A stretch of 64,000 bases of DNA, from assembly GCA_043821645.1 (NCBI GenBank), contig JBDRCO010000087.1, positions 1-64,000 of the forward strand, given 5' to 3'. Within the stretch, counting starts at the first letter, position 1, and each line of letters opens with the position of its first letter. The DNA comes from Pseudomonadota bacterium. Lineage in GTDB: Bacteria; Myxococcota; JACRCW01; JAFGSX01. A program made the translations under genes and the position numbers. Shown piece by piece: positions 43,601 to 53,482 of the stretch. Below the pieces are notes generated by a model. It was not told the origin of the DNA. It made no database searches and saw only the letters and a list, made by a program, of their open reading frames with translations.

Positions 43601-46600
43601 TCGAGCAGGCCAGCGTGCCCTGGCTGGTGCCGGGCTTCGTGGCACCGGGTTTCGTCTACGCCGACGCGGCACAGCGTCTGGGCGCGCCCCCCTACAGCTA
43701 CGAATGCCGGGACACGCTGCTGCCCTTCTACCCGGCCAACCCGTCCCAGCTGACCGCGCTCAAGCCACTGAACACGAGCATGTCCTCGGCCAACGTGGTG
43801 CCGGACGGCCGCACCCGCCAGCGCCGGCTCGAGCTGATCGACGGCTTCATGGTCAACGGCCGGGATCTCTATCTGCTGGTGCGCGAGACCTTCTCGGTGC
43901 CCACCAGCGGCATCACCGAGCGCAGCTTCGCCGGCTACAGCCTGATCGCGCTCCGACGCGCGCCGGCGACACTCGAGACAGCCGACGCGAACCAGAACGG
44001 CGTGGCCGACGTGTTCGACGGCGCCGACTACAGCGCCGACATCCGCCCCACGCCCACCGACGACCTGCTCTCGAGCGCCTGCAGCGCCGCCGTGATCGGC
44101 CCCATCCCGGGCATCAACCAGGTCACCAACGGCAACGCCGGCACCGTGGCCATGACCATCCTCGACGGCATCAAGCCTGGCGGCACGCTGCAGCAGGTCT
44201 ACCCGCGCGGGGCCTATACCGGGCCGTGGGAGCCGCACTACTGGTGCGAGGACACGGGGCTGCTCGACGGTGGCATCGCCGACAAGGGACTCAATGGCAC
44301 GCCCATCTCGCCCAACACGGACACCTGCAGCGAGACGCAGGACAGCCGCGGGCGCACGGTCAAGCCCAACAACGGATGGTGCGAGGACGGGGGGCCGGGT
44401 TCGGTGAGCGATGGCTGCGCCCTGGCCACCGATGCCACGGACTGCGGGCTTCGCTACTTCGGCGACTTCCGCGAGCCCTGCCCTGGCGGTAGCCGTGTCG
44501 TGTACTTCTTGCTCAACAAGGACACGGCGGGCGACCAGAACTGGGTCGCCAACACCCCCTGCCAGATCGACGAGAGCATGTCCTGCTGGGACGTGTTGCT
44601 GCACTGGGTCGCCACCGGGTCCGCGGTCCTGGACCCGCCCTGGACCTGCGCCGACCCCGACCAGGTGCTGTGCAGCGGAAACCGCGTGGACCTGCGCTCG
44701 CAGAAGAAGTTCTATCTGGCCTCGGGCAGCCCGGCCGCGGTGTTCGAGCCCCTGGACTCCGTCATCGAAAGCGGCTTCCGCTACAAGACGCGCTTCCAGT
44801 CGCGTGGCGGACAGAGCCTGGGCTTCGCGCCTGACCTCTGCGATACAGCCTCCGACAGCATCCCCTACTGCTACGACCCGGCCAGCATCGAGACGGTGCA
44901 GCAGCGGGTGGACTGCCTGGTGGACATCTACAAGAACCGCTACGACAACCTGACCGTCGACCAGCAGGGCAAGCTCAAGGCTTTTCTCACCCGCGATCTG
45001 GCCTACGACACGACCAGCGGCCGCGACGGCTTCGAGCGCCTCAACGCCGAGCTGCTGATCATGCTGGGCGACGAGATGTACACCCGCGCTTTCTCGTCGC
45101 GCTTCGACCTGGCGCAGACGCGCATGCGCAGCTTCGAGGGCTCGGCCTTCGAGGCCGGCGGCATCAACCTGTCGGGGGGCGCTGGCGACGAGATGTACAG
45201 CCTGTACCTGGCGGTGCAGTACGATCAGATGGTGCTCGACCGCTTCAACCGCCTGGGCCCAGCGCTGTGGGCCAGCCTGGACGGGTCCGCGGACCGGCGC
45301 TTCGTGACCCAGGAGACCGTGTCCAGCTACCTGGTCAAGGTGGCCAGGGCCTCGACGCAGAAGTCCAAGGCCATGAGCGAGATCGCCGCCCGCTACCAGG
45401 GCTTCAACCGCTCGGACCTGGCGCGGCGCGTGGTCGAGCGCGCCTACACGGCCACCTACCTCGAGTCCATCCTGATCGGGCGCATGATGGACGCGCTCAT
45501 GGACACCCTGGCCCCGGACGACAAGCCGCAGGTGGCCCTGCTCAAGGAGGAGATCGCCCGCAGCTACCGCGTGGCCATGAGCGACATGCGCAACGTCTAC
45601 CTGCAGATCACCGACGAGATCACGTACTTCGGCTTCGCCCCTGACTACGTCCCGTTCCCGGCGCTGGACAACGTGTTCTTGACCAACAACGCCTTCGAGG
45701 TGCTGTACGACGCGGCGGCCGAGAAGGTCGATCTTGCCGCCGAGCGCGAGGCCACGGCGCTTGCCGACAACCGGGACTTCGAGACCGACAGCCAGGCTTT
45801 CCAGCGCGAGCTGGTGACCCTGCGCACCAGCTACAACTCACAGCTCGGCGACCTTTGCGGCACTTTTGTTGGCGACGACGGAGGCGTCTACGCCGCCACC
45901 AGCGACAACGCCTCCCACAACGAGGCTGCCGCCAGGTACGGCGATCCCTGCGGTCTGATCGGCAACGGCGCGCTGTTCCAGGCCATGGGAGATGTCGACC
46001 TCAAGGGGCTGGACCTGCAGGCGGTGATAGGCACGCAGGAGAAGATCACCGAGCAGATCAAGATAGAGATGCAGCGGGTGGCCGATTACTGCGACGAGGT
46101 GCGCGAGACCGTCGACTTCGAGTACCAGCAGGCGGGCGCCAAGATCGCCCTCAACACCCTCATCGGCATCACCCAGGGCACCATCGAGGAGGCGCGCAAC
46201 GTCTACGAGATGACCCGCGACTTCGGAGACGCCACCAAGTGCAACGTCGGCACCGCCACAGACTGCTGGCAGGTGCCGGTGGCCGTGGCCTCGCTGACCG
46301 TGGCCGGCGGGGTGCTGCTGACGGCCGAGATCATCGGCAAGGCCGCCATCCTGGCGATGCAGGAGGGCATCGAGGGCATCGACCGCACCACGGCCAGGTT
46401 CGTGGGCATGCAGCAGTGCGACTACGCCCAGGTTGACAGCCAGGCCACGGTCATGAACCTGGTGCTCGACCTGCTGGGCACCGACGTCGACCGCGTGCGC
46501 GCCGAGTACGAGATCAAGCTGGCCCTGAGCGAGGTGCAGAGGCTGCGCAACCAGGCCACGGCCCTGCAGGCCGAGATGAAGGAGCAGGAGCAGCTGTTGA

Positions 46601-47421
46601 TCAACGTCGAGGCCGCGCGCAACGACCCCAACGTGCGCATCTACCGCAACGACGCCATCCTCAATGCCGACGTCGCGTTCAAGGATGCGCTGGCCGCGGT
46701 CTACAAGGCCACCAAGATCTACGAGTATTACACCAGCCAGAGCTACGGCGACCTCGACAAGCTGTTCCTGGTGCGGATGGTGGCAGCGGGCGACTACAAC
46801 CTGCAGAACTACCTGATCCAGCTCGGCAACGCCTTCTCGGACTTCCTCGAGCAGTACGGCAACCCCGACACCCGGGTCGAGATCTACTCGCTGCGCGACG
46901 ACATCCTGGGCATCCCACGCACCGGCGAGGACCTGCGGCCGCTCACCGAAGCCCAGCGCATCGCCCTGTTCCGCGCCAAGCTACAGGACGGTTCGCTGCT
47001 GGATCCCCAGGGCTACCTGGTGGCGCCCTTCGCGACCAGCTTCCGCAAGCTGTCGCCGCTGACCCGCAATCACAAGGTGCTGTCGACCGAGGTCGAGCTG
47101 GACGGCGAGGGCGTGGGGGACGAGGTGGCCCGCGTCTACGTTCGGCAGCAGGGCACCAGCACCGTGCGCACGGTCGCGGACGACAAGCTGTACTTCCAGT
47201 TCCCGCCGCGCACCGCCGTCATCAACACCTTCATGAACGGCGAGCGCATCTTCGGCGATCCGCTGTACACGAGCTATCGCCTGCGCGACCGGCCCTTCGT
47301 CAACTCGGCCTGGGCCCTGGTGTTCAACCAGCAGGACGAGGTGAATAACCTCGACGTCGACCTCAATGACATCGACGACATCCGGCTGCTGGTCTACTAC
47401 ACCGACTTCACGGCGTACTGA
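40696..47421 (+). CDS. Giant Cys-repeat lipoprotein 3 (about 2240 aa) with a TcA-like helical/pore and C-terminal module
   Basis: GGAGA RBS; LPGAC lipobox; about 10 CxxGxxGCxC units; helical C-terminal third with a hydrophobic segment; ends DIDDIRLLVYYTD. Confidence 0.85.
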   Translation: MMRHTLILALLALATLLPGACDCGGPPAEDAGPGKDATVAVDASGADSAEVDAGGADAVTPDATTVDAAGCTAGHESCRCLPGAACASSELYCGDGVCRRPACRVGELGCACDVDFTCGQSDDDSWLLCEAGLCRRPSCPAGSVGCACTSSHGCDPGLSCVADAQGERCQIDDCPVGDLGCACYRERTCNPDPSGVALACDANQCVRSACAPGSEGCLCRADYSCGSGMICRDGARCEVLRCTPGSASCECLPGGYCNSPTLVCEASSSQCVEQACDPGTDGCSCLSDGTCGLSSAGTALVCAGDRCVAPSCTPGSLGCACTAQGSCASASAICTAGWCMATSCTAGGTNCTCGGSGTCDVGLACLNGDICVDDTGYVGGVCLPNGSCRAGGRCVSGLCVPCLGGSLGCSCESGWCQTGLACLAGACVSQQSLARSRPANPRCYTPCKADLLRSDNTLARCSSQGLLDGCIGDNVCTEGSCVPRTVSPFWNTGSTAVPFCASELDCPDFQTCIEGHCYSDCERDGDCAPGLACSRKVCRSPCLAGGDECPDGMYCEVGSGGNAGFCSALGTTLDTETSVEGGSFTLSSPALSFSPVLVDGAFRVFNRSHNMREFHVQKKFHGLYDASGAVLARVDEFRTTCDWSNPDPDICPLSWLELSVDNGATTTDGDLAFELAGNCPDLPACGDNDVCPAGMSCGQGLCFCDDASCGDAWSCTATVHVGAIADRPGTAARVSGVLEINGQGLGAQRVSLSYRESQAGQWKGTMYSFANFGDQNMDLWLQSDRSDDTKLEGVENAFLKRWVNFRRGINGLVTLDEFEAMLNATLTESWRWPSVKQACQQQYATENCYLTQQGPVVYSNDNIRNPVPSGVVDMPFAVNLRPDPDNNHALTGKVESRLTLQYAGGPGLTLEFADAPGTCSANSRPESCTSVVLAMRSPSQSGNQGVDIRVGGRYLTGESDATCSRRTNFEQASVPWLVPGFVAPGFVYADAAQRLGAPPYSYECRDTLLPFYPANPSQLTALKPLNTSMSSANVVPDGRTRQRRLELIDGFMVNGRDLYLLVRETFSVPTSGITERSFAGYSLIALRRAPATLETADANQNGVADVFDGADYSADIRPTPTDDLLSSACSAAVIGPIPGINQVTNGNAGTVAMTILDGIKPGGTLQQVYPRGAYTGPWEPHYWCEDTGLLDGGIADKGLNGTPISPNTDTCSETQDSRGRTVKPNNGWCEDGGPGSVSDGCALATDATDCGLRYFGDFREPCPGGSRVVYFLLNKDTAGDQNWVANTPCQIDESMSCWDVLLHWVATGSAVLDPPWTCADPDQVLCSGNRVDLRSQKKFYLASGSPAAVFEPLDSVIESGFRYKTRFQSRGGQSLGFAPDLCDTASDSIPYCYDPASIETVQQRVDCLVDIYKNRYDNLTVDQQGKLKAFLTRDLAYDTTSGRDGFERLNAELLIMLGDEMYTRAFSSRFDLAQTRMRSFEGSAFEAGGINLSGGAGDEMYSLYLAVQYDQMVLDRFNRLGPALWASLDGSADRRFVTQETVSSYLVKVARASTQKSKAMSEIAARYQGFNRSDLARRVVERAYTATYLESILIGRMMDALMDTLAPDDKPQVALLKEEIARSYRVAMSDMRNVYLQITDEITYFGFAPDYVPFPALDNVFLTNNAFEVLYDAAAEKVDLAAEREATALADNRDFETDSQAFQRELVTLRTSYNSQLGDLCGTFVGDDGGVYAATSDNASHNEAAARYGDPCGLIGNGALFQAMGDVDLKGLDLQAVIGTQEKITEQIKIEMQRVADYCDEVRETVDFEYQQAGAKIALNTLIGITQGTIEEARNVYEMTRDFGDATKCNVGTATDCWQVPVAVASLTVAGGVLLTAEIIGKAAILAMQEGIEGIDRTTARFVGMQQCDYAQVDSQATVMNLVLDLLGTDVDRVRAEYEIKLALSEVQRLRNQATALQAEMKEQEQLLINVEAARNDPNVRIYRNDAILNADVAFKDALAAVYKATKIYEYYTSQSYGDLDKLFLVRMVAAGDYNLQNYLIQLGNAFSDFLEQYGNPDTRVEIYSLRDDILGIPRTGEDLRPLTEAQRIALFRAKLQDGSLLDPQGYLVAPFATSFRKLSPLTRNHKVLSTEVELDGEGVGDEVARVYVRQQGTSTVRTVADDKLYFQFPPRTAVINTFMNGERIFGDPLYTSYRLRDRPFVNSAWALVFNQQDEVNNLDVDLNDIDDIRLLVYYTDFTAY

Positions 47422-47565
47422 TCGGCTTCGCGCTTTGAAGCCCGGCTGATCGAAGCTCGCGCGGACCGTTGGCCTGCCCCGGATGCGTGCTCCTCCGGCC
47501 AGGGGTTCACGCGCGGGCCGCGCGTGGTGATCCCGGGCCGTGAAACGCGGTGCTGGTGGCGCTGG

Positions 47566-47640
47566 GCAGACCCCTGAAACGCACGAGCAGAGCCCTGCAG
47601 GGCCACATGCAGACCCTGGAAGAGTCACAGGAAGACCCTG
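47566..47640. repeat. Four degenerate direct repeats with 21-22 bp period
   Basis: Cores GCAGACCCCTG, GCAGAGCCCTG, GCAGACCCTG, GAAGACCCTG at 47566, 47587, 47609, 47631. Confidence 0.55.
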
Positions 47641-47734
47641 GCTTGTGCCCTGGCAACCTTCCGCACCGAGTTCTCAGGCAGGCCAAACGCGCTTCATCGA
47701 CGTGGAGCGGGAAGGTGCAGGCCGGCGTGCTCGC

Positions 47735-50083
47735 TCAGCTGTGCTCGCAGTATGCACCGCGGCACGAGGCGCCGGTGGGACAGTCCACCAGGACGCAGCG
47801 ATCCGCGTTGCCGGGGACGCCATCGTCGCAGTCGCTGTCGGCCCGGCACGCGTTGACGTCGGGCACGCAGATGCCGCCGCTCACGCAGTCCACGTCGCCG
47901 GTGGCACCCGTGGGATCGCTGGTGCAGATCGCGATCTCGCAGTGCTCGCCGGTGACGCAGTCGGCGTCGCCCGCGCAGTTGAGGCTGTTGCTGGGCGGGG
48001 TGCAGAAGCCTCCCACCACGCAGGGCGGACAGGAGCCGCTGAGGCTGTCGCAGGCCGGGCACACGCCGCCGGTGATCTCGCAGGCCCAGCCCGCCGGACA
48101 GTCGGCGGCGCCGCTGCAGGTCCCCGTCGGCGGTGGCACGCACACGCCGCTGGCCACGCAGGGCATGGCCGGGCAGGGCGCGCCGGTCTCGCATACCGGA
48201 CACGAGGCCTCGAACTGGCAGATCAAGCCGGAGGGGCACTCCGCGTCGACGGTGCAGAATCCCGTGGGCACGCACACGGCGCCGCCGTAGCAGTCACCGG
48301 GTTGCGTGGTGCCGCCCTCGCGCACGGCGCAGCCCGCCACCTGGCAGGTGAAGCCCGCCGGGCAGGTCAGGGTGTCATCGCACTCGCCCGTCGACGGAGG
48401 CACGCAGAAGCCACCGACGGAACAGGGCTCGCAGGCCGCACCGGTCGGGCAGGGCGGGCACACCCCGCCGTAGTACTGGCAGGACCAGCCGCTCGGGCAC
48501 TCGCTGTCCGCCTGGCACTCGCCGGTGCTCGGCGTGACGCACACGCCCGCGGACACGCAGGGCATGCCCGTGCTGTCGCCGGCACAGGTCTCGCCGGCCG
48601 GACATTCACGACACACCGGGTTCATGTCGCAGACCATGCCTCGTGGACAGTCCACGTCGGCGCTGCACATGCCCGAGGGCACGCACATCGACCCGCCGTA
48701 GCAATCGCCCGAGACCACGGTGCCGTCGCTGGAGGCGGCGCAGTCGTAGACCTGCTCGCAGGCAAAGCCCGGCGGGCAGGGATGGGTGCCGTCGCATTCG
48801 CCCGTCGTCGGCGGCTGGCAAAAGCCTCCCGCCACGCAGGCATCGCAGGAAGTCGAGCCCGCGTCGCAGGGCGGGCACACGCCGCCGTAATAGGTACAGC
48901 TCCAGCCCGAGGGGCAGTCGCCATCCCCTGTGCACTCGCCCGCTCCGGGGGTGGTGCACACGCCACGGGTCATGCAGGGCATGTCAGGGCAGGTCTCGCC
49001 GCTGGGACACACCGGACAGCTCGCCTCGAGCTGGCACACCATGCCGCGCGGGCAGTCCAGGTCGACGCTGCACTGCGTGTTCGCCGGTGGCTCGCAGAAG
49101 CCACCTGCCACGCAGGGCGGGCACGGGCTGCCAGGTGCGCAGTCCGGGCAGCCGCCGTAGAACGAGCAGGTCCAGCCCATGGGGCATTGGCTGGCGTCGC
49201 TGCACTCGCCGCCCATTGGAGGCACGCACAGACCACCGCTGGTGCAGGTGGTGTCGCAGTCCTCGCCCTCGCGGCAACCCGGGCACGCTCCGGTCATCTG
49301 GCACACGAAGCCGGGCGGGCAGTCGATGTCGGCCGCGCACTCGCTACCCGACGGCGGGGCGCAATAGCCGGCCATGATGCAGGGCGGGCAGGCCTCGCCG
49401 GGCATGCAGTCCGGGCAGGCTCCCGTCCACAGACAGGAGAAGCCCGGGGGACAGTCCGAGGCACCCAGACACTCGCCGCCGATGGGAACGCACATGCTGC
49501 CGCCGTAACAGGGCGTGGGCGGGCAGTCGGCGCCGGCGCAATCCACGGCGGGCGTGTCGCAGCCTCGCGTGGACTGGCAGGCATAGCCCTCGGGGCAGTC
49601 GATGTCGGCGCTGCATTCGCCTGTGGCCGGGGGTACGCACACGCCTCCGCCTATGCAGTAGTCGCCGGTATCGCGCTCGGCCCCGCAGTACGCGATCTCG
49701 CAGGTGAAGCCAGCCGGACACTCGCCGTCGCTCTGGCAGCCCGTGCTCGCCGGCACGCACACCCCGCCCGCGGCACAGCGCTCGTCTCCGCTCGAGGTGG
49801 CCTCGCAATAGAAGACCTCACAGGTGAAGCCCGCGCCGCAGTCGGCATCGGCCTGGCAACCCGTTCCCTGCACCTCGCACACGCCGCCCGAGACGCAGAA
49901 GTCGGCGCCGTCCTCGACGCCGCAGTAGGCCAGGTTGCAGCGCAGCCCCGCGCCGCAGTCCGCATCGACACTGCAGGCCACGCTGTGATGGGTGACGTTG
50001 GGCTTGGTGCCCGGCTCTTCCGGCGGCGGACAGGCCGTCAGGTACAGTGCCCCCAGACTCACAACTGCGATGAGCCACTTCAT
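47735..50083 (-). CDS. Cys-repeat lipoprotein (782 aa, about 17 CxxDxDC..GxxC units)
   Basis: AGGAGG RBS; lipobox LTAC; protein is almost entirely tandem repeats. Confidence 0.85.
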   Translation of the reverse strand: MKWLIAVVSLGALYLTACPPPEEPGTKPNVTHHSVACSVDADCGAGLRCNLAYCGVEDGADFCVSGGVCEVQGTGCQADADCGAGFTCEVFYCEATSSGDERCAAGGVCVPASTGCQSDGECPAGFTCEIAYCGAERDTGDYCIGGGVCVPPATGECSADIDCPEGYACQSTRGCDTPAVDCAGADCPPTPCYGGSMCVPIGGECLGASDCPPGFSCLWTGACPDCMPGEACPPCIMAGYCAPPSGSECAADIDCPPGFVCQMTGACPGCREGEDCDTTCTSGGLCVPPMGGECSDASQCPMGWTCSFYGGCPDCAPGSPCPPCVAGGFCEPPANTQCSVDLDCPRGMVCQLEASCPVCPSGETCPDMPCMTRGVCTTPGAGECTGDGDCPSGWSCTYYGGVCPPCDAGSTSCDACVAGGFCQPPTTGECDGTHPCPPGFACEQVYDCAASSDGTVVSGDCYGGSMCVPSGMCSADVDCPRGMVCDMNPVCRECPAGETCAGDSTGMPCVSAGVCVTPSTGECQADSECPSGWSCQYYGGVCPPCPTGAACEPCSVGGFCVPPSTGECDDTLTCPAGFTCQVAGCAVREGGTTQPGDCYGGAVCVPTGFCTVDAECPSGLICQFEASCPVCETGAPCPAMPCVASGVCVPPPTGTCSGAADCPAGWACEITGGVCPACDSLSGSCPPCVVGGFCTPPSNSLNCAGDADCVTGEHCEIAICTSDPTGATGDVDCVSGGICVPDVNACRADSDCDDGVPGNADRCVLVDCPTGASCRGAYCEHS

Positions 50084-50190
50084 GATAATGCCCTCCTGGA
50101 GTTCCCTCCGCAGCGCATGCTAGCACAGGCGCCGGCACTTCTCATCTGCACCCGTGTCGCTATACTCCGCTCGCCACGCCGGAGGTTCTC

Positions 50191-51840
50191 ATGTCCACGC
50201 TCACGGCTTCGCCCGCCTGGAAAGATCTGACCTCCCACCGTCGAGAGATGGCCACCACGAGCCTGCGCGAGCTGCTCGCCGGGGACCCAGGACGCTTCGA
50301 GACCTTCTCGCGCCAGCTCGACGACATGCTGTTCGACTTCAGCAAGCACCGCGTCACGGCGAGGACCCTGGACCTGCTGTGCGCCCTCGCGGACCAGGTC
50401 GAGCTCAAGACCGCCATCGACCGCATGTTCAGCGGTGCCAGGATCAACAGCACCGAGGGGCGAGCGGTGCTCCACGTGGCCCTGCGCAACCGCAGCAACG
50501 GCCCCATCCTGGTCGACGGCCGCGACGTCATGCCCGACATCAACGCGGTGCTGCGCAAGATGCGGCGCCTGGTCGAGAAGGTGCAGTCCGGTGCCTGGAA
50601 GGGCCACACGGGTCAGGCCATCACCGACGTGGTCAACATCGGCATTGGCGGCAGTGACCTGGGGCCCGTCATGGTGTGCGAGGCGCTGCGGCCCTACTGG
50701 CACCCGCGCATCCGTGCACACTTCGTGAGCAACATCGACGGCACGCACCTGGCGGAAACCCTGAAGCAGGTGTCCCCCGACACCACCCTGTTCACGGTGG
50801 CCAGCAAGACCTTCACCACCCAGGAGACCCTGACCAATGCGCGCTCGGCACGCGCCTGGCTGGTCGACCGGCTCGGCGACGAGAAGGCGGTGGCCCGGCA
50901 CTTCGTGGCCATGTCCACCAACCATCACGCCGTCGGCGAGTTCGGCATCGACGTCGACAACATGTTCGCGTTCTGGGACTGGGTGGGCGGCCGCTACTCG
51001 CTGTGGTCGGCCATCGGCCTGCCCATCGCCCTCACCCTGGGCATGGACCGCTTCGAGGAGCTGCTGCGCGGCGCCCACGACGTGGATCTGCATTTTCGTG
51101 AGAAACCCTGGCGCGAGAACATTCCTGTGCTCATGGCGCTGCTGGGTATCTGGTACCACAACTTCTGGGACGCGCACTCCCACGCCATCCTGCCCTACGA
51201 CCAGTACCTGCACCGCTTCGCCGCCTACTTTCAGCAGGGCGACATGGAATCCAATGGCAAGAGCGTGACCCGCGACGGCGAGTGCATCGCTGACTACAAC
51301 ACGGGTCCCGTGATCTGGGGCGAGCCCGGCACCAACGGGCAGCACGCCTTCTACCAGCTCATCCACCAGGGCACGCGACTGGTCCCCTGCGACTTCTTGG
51401 CCCCGGCCGTCAGTCACAACCCCCTGGGCGATCACCACGCCAAGCTGCTGAGCAACTTCTTCGCCCAGACCGAGGCTCTGGCCCGGGGCAAGACGTCGGA
51501 GGAGGCGCGGGCCGAGCTCGAGAAGTCAGGGCTGCACGGCGAGGCCCTGAACGCCCTACTGCCACACAAGGTGTTCGAGGGCAACAGACCCACGACGTCC
51601 ATCCTGTTCAAGAAGCTCGATCCGCGGACCCTGGGCCGGCTCATCGCCTGCTACGAGCACAAGATCTTCGTGCAGGGCGTGATCTGGAACATCAACAGCT
51701 TCGACCAGTGGGGGGTGGAGCTGGGCAAGCAGCTCGCCAGCAAGATCCTGCCCGAGCTCGACGGCGACGACCCGATCGCCGGGCATGACAGCTCAACCCG
51801 CGGGCTCATCAATTACTACAAGACGCTGCGCGCGAGATAG
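50191..51840 (+). CDS. pgi: Glucose-6-phosphate isomerase
   Basis: [52 protein letters not shown]. Confidence 0.98.
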   Translation: MSTLTASPAWKDLTSHRREMATTSLRELLAGDPGRFETFSRQLDDMLFDFSKHRVTARTLDLLCALADQVELKTAIDRMFSGARINSTEGRAVLHVALRNRSNGPILVDGRDVMPDINAVLRKMRRLVEKVQSGAWKGHTGQAITDVVNIGIGGSDLGPVMVCEALRPYWHPRIRAHFVSNIDGTHLAETLKQVSPDTTLFTVASKTFTTQETLTNARSARAWLVDRLGDEKAVARHFVAMSTNHHAVGEFGIDVDNMFAFWDWVGGRYSLWSAIGLPIALTLGMDRFEELLRGAHDVDLHFREKPWRENIPVLMALLGIWYHNFWDAHSHAILPYDQYLHRFAAYFQQGDMESNGKSVTRDGECIADYNTGPVIWGEPGTNGQHAFYQLIHQGTRLVPCDFLAPAVSHNPLGDHHAKLLSNFFAQTEALARGKTSEEARAELEKSGLHGEALNALLPHKVFEGNRPTTSILFKKLDPRTLGRLIACYEHKIFVQGVIWNINSFDQWGVELGKQLASKILPELDGDDPIAGHDSSTRGLINYYKTLRAR

Positions 51841-51878
51841 AGCACCGTCGAGGGCAGTGCGCGCACCGAAGCGCGTGT

Positions 51879-52712
51879 TCAGAAAGGCCGGGTCGTGCTC
51901 AGCGTCCCGTCGTCCTTGGCGGCCCGCACCTCGGTGCAGGTGGCGTCGTCGGGCAGGCGCACCTGCTCGAACCACGAGCGCTTGGGGTCCGGGTGCTGCT
52001 TGGCCTGGTCGCTGGGGATGTCGCCGGTGTGCACGGCCAGGGCCACGGTGCTCTCGAGCACGGACCACGACGAGCGCTGGTTCATCAGCCCGAGCACCCG
52101 GTCCGGCCCGGTGGTCACACCGCGGTACCCCGACACCTTGCGGTTGACGAAGTAGTCCTCGCCTTCGAGGATACCGTGGATGCGCGAGGTGCAGCCCAAG
52201 TGTCCGTCGCCGTCGGCGTCGTAGATCCAGTCCTTCTGCGGCGACTCCTTGTAGTTGTCCGGCGTCGGGATGGGGGTGTTCAGAGGGTCTGGCATGTTGC
52301 GCAGGGCCCACATCTGCAGGCCGTCGCGCACCGTGAACTGGCCGGTGGCGTGTTCGACCTCGGCCAGGGTCTCGCTGAAGACCACGCTGTCGCGCGCGGC
52401 ATCCAGGGTCTCGGTGACCAGGCCCGCGGCCTCGTGGTTGATGTCGATGCAAAAGGTCCACTGCTCGCGATACCGGCTCTGTTCGGCATCCCAGTCGCGC
52501 CGCACGAGCAGGTACTGATCCCCGCCGCTCTCGACCTCCTGCGACAGGATGGGCACGTAGGTCACGTAGATGTAGCGCTGGCGGTGAGCGAATCTCCCGG
52601 CCAGAACCCCCTCGTCCGTGGCCACTCCCGGGACGCCGATGTCGTCGTCATAGTAGGGGGCAGGACAGGCGGCGCCGAGAACAAGGACGAGCAAGGCGAG
52701 CATCTCGCGCAC
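51879..52712 (-). CDS. Hypothetical lipoprotein
   Basis: GTG start after AGGAGG; lipobox LGAAC; DADGDG motif. Confidence 0.7.
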   Translation of the reverse strand: MREMLALLVLVLGAACPAPYYDDDIGVPGVATDEGVLAGRFAHRQRYIYVTYVPILSQEVESGGDQYLLVRRDWDAEQSRYREQWTFCIDINHEAAGLVTETLDAARDSVVFSETLAEVEHATGQFTVRDGLQMWALRNMPDPLNTPIPTPDNYKESPQKDWIYDADGDGHLGCTSRIHGILEGEDYFVNRKVSGYRGVTTGPDRVLGLMNQRSSWSVLESTVALAVHTGDIPSDQAKQHPDPKRSWFEQVRLPDDATCTEVRAAKDDGTLSTTRPF

Positions 52713-52741
52713 GCGGACCTCCTGGGCGAGACAGCAGTGTA

Positions 52742-53482
52742 TCAGATGGGGCGCTGCCGGGCTGGCCTGCCAAACCTGTACCTGGGCGGGTCCGCGGCCG
52801 GCATGGCGTTCACGATGCCGTCGGCGAGCAGGCGTCGGAACACCACAGCGAAACGGCGCGCATCGAAGCCCTGTCCCCACACAGCGGCATGCACGTCTCG
52901 CAGCTCGCGACGGGTGAAGGCCCGGGGCACAAGCGGTGCCAGGATGGACGTGTGGGCACTGTCCGCCTGCAACCTGTCTACAGCAGCCCGCAGGATGTCC
53001 GCGTGGTCAAAGGCGAGCGGGAGGCGACAGGCGGAGGCCAGAGGGACCCATTCCGCATGGGCCGCGTCGTCACCGGGCCGGGCTTGGTCCGCCGCAGCGG
53101 GAGGCAAGATGGCCAGGTGGACCACGGTGATCAGGCGCGTGCGGGGATCGCGGTCGGGCGAACCGAACGTTGCGAGCTGGCGCAGGCTCACGCTGCCCGG
53201 CGCGATGCCGCATTCCTCGTGCAGCTCGCGGGAGGCGGCGGCGGCCAGATCCTCGCCCTGGTCGTCAAAGCAGTCGCCCACCTCGACGAAGCCACCAGGA
53301 AAGGCCCAGCTCCCCCGGTGCGGGAAATTGCCACGGCGGATGAGCAGGACGGCCAGTGTCGCGTCGCGCCAGGTGAAGGCAGCGACGTCGGCGCTCACGG
53401 CAGGGCGCGGGTATTTCTTCTTTCGGTAGGCGGCCAGAAAGGCGCGCTCCTCGTCGCTGCTCGGGACATATCGCGGCATCAT
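52742..53482 (-). CDS. NrtR-like Nudix hydrolase/regulator
   Basis: WAFPGGFV...RELHEECG, PDRDPR, LAFDH, C-terminal FT..EL..V winged-helix-like region; ATGA-coupled to nadE. Confidence 0.85.
   Translation of the reverse strand: MMPRYVPSSDEERAFLAAYRKKKYPRPAVSADVAAFTWRDATLAVLLIRRGNFPHRGSWAFPGGFVEVGDCFDDQGEDLAAAASRELHEECGIAPGSVSLRQLATFGSPDRDPRTRLITVVHLAILPPAAADQARPGDDAAHAEWVPLASACRLPLAFDHADILRAAVDRLQADSAHTSILAPLVPRAFTRRELRDVHAAVWGQGFDARRFAVVFRRLLADGIVNAMPAADPPRYRFGRPARQRPI

Noticed and set aside
47566-47640. CRISPR array
   Set aside because: Period of only 21-22 bp, degenerate repeats and no cas genes
33484-50083. Multiheme cytochromes or ferredoxins among the Cys-rich proteins
   Set aside because: No repeated CxxCH or CxxCxxC motifs; lipoprotein export and regular Cys spacing point to disulfides
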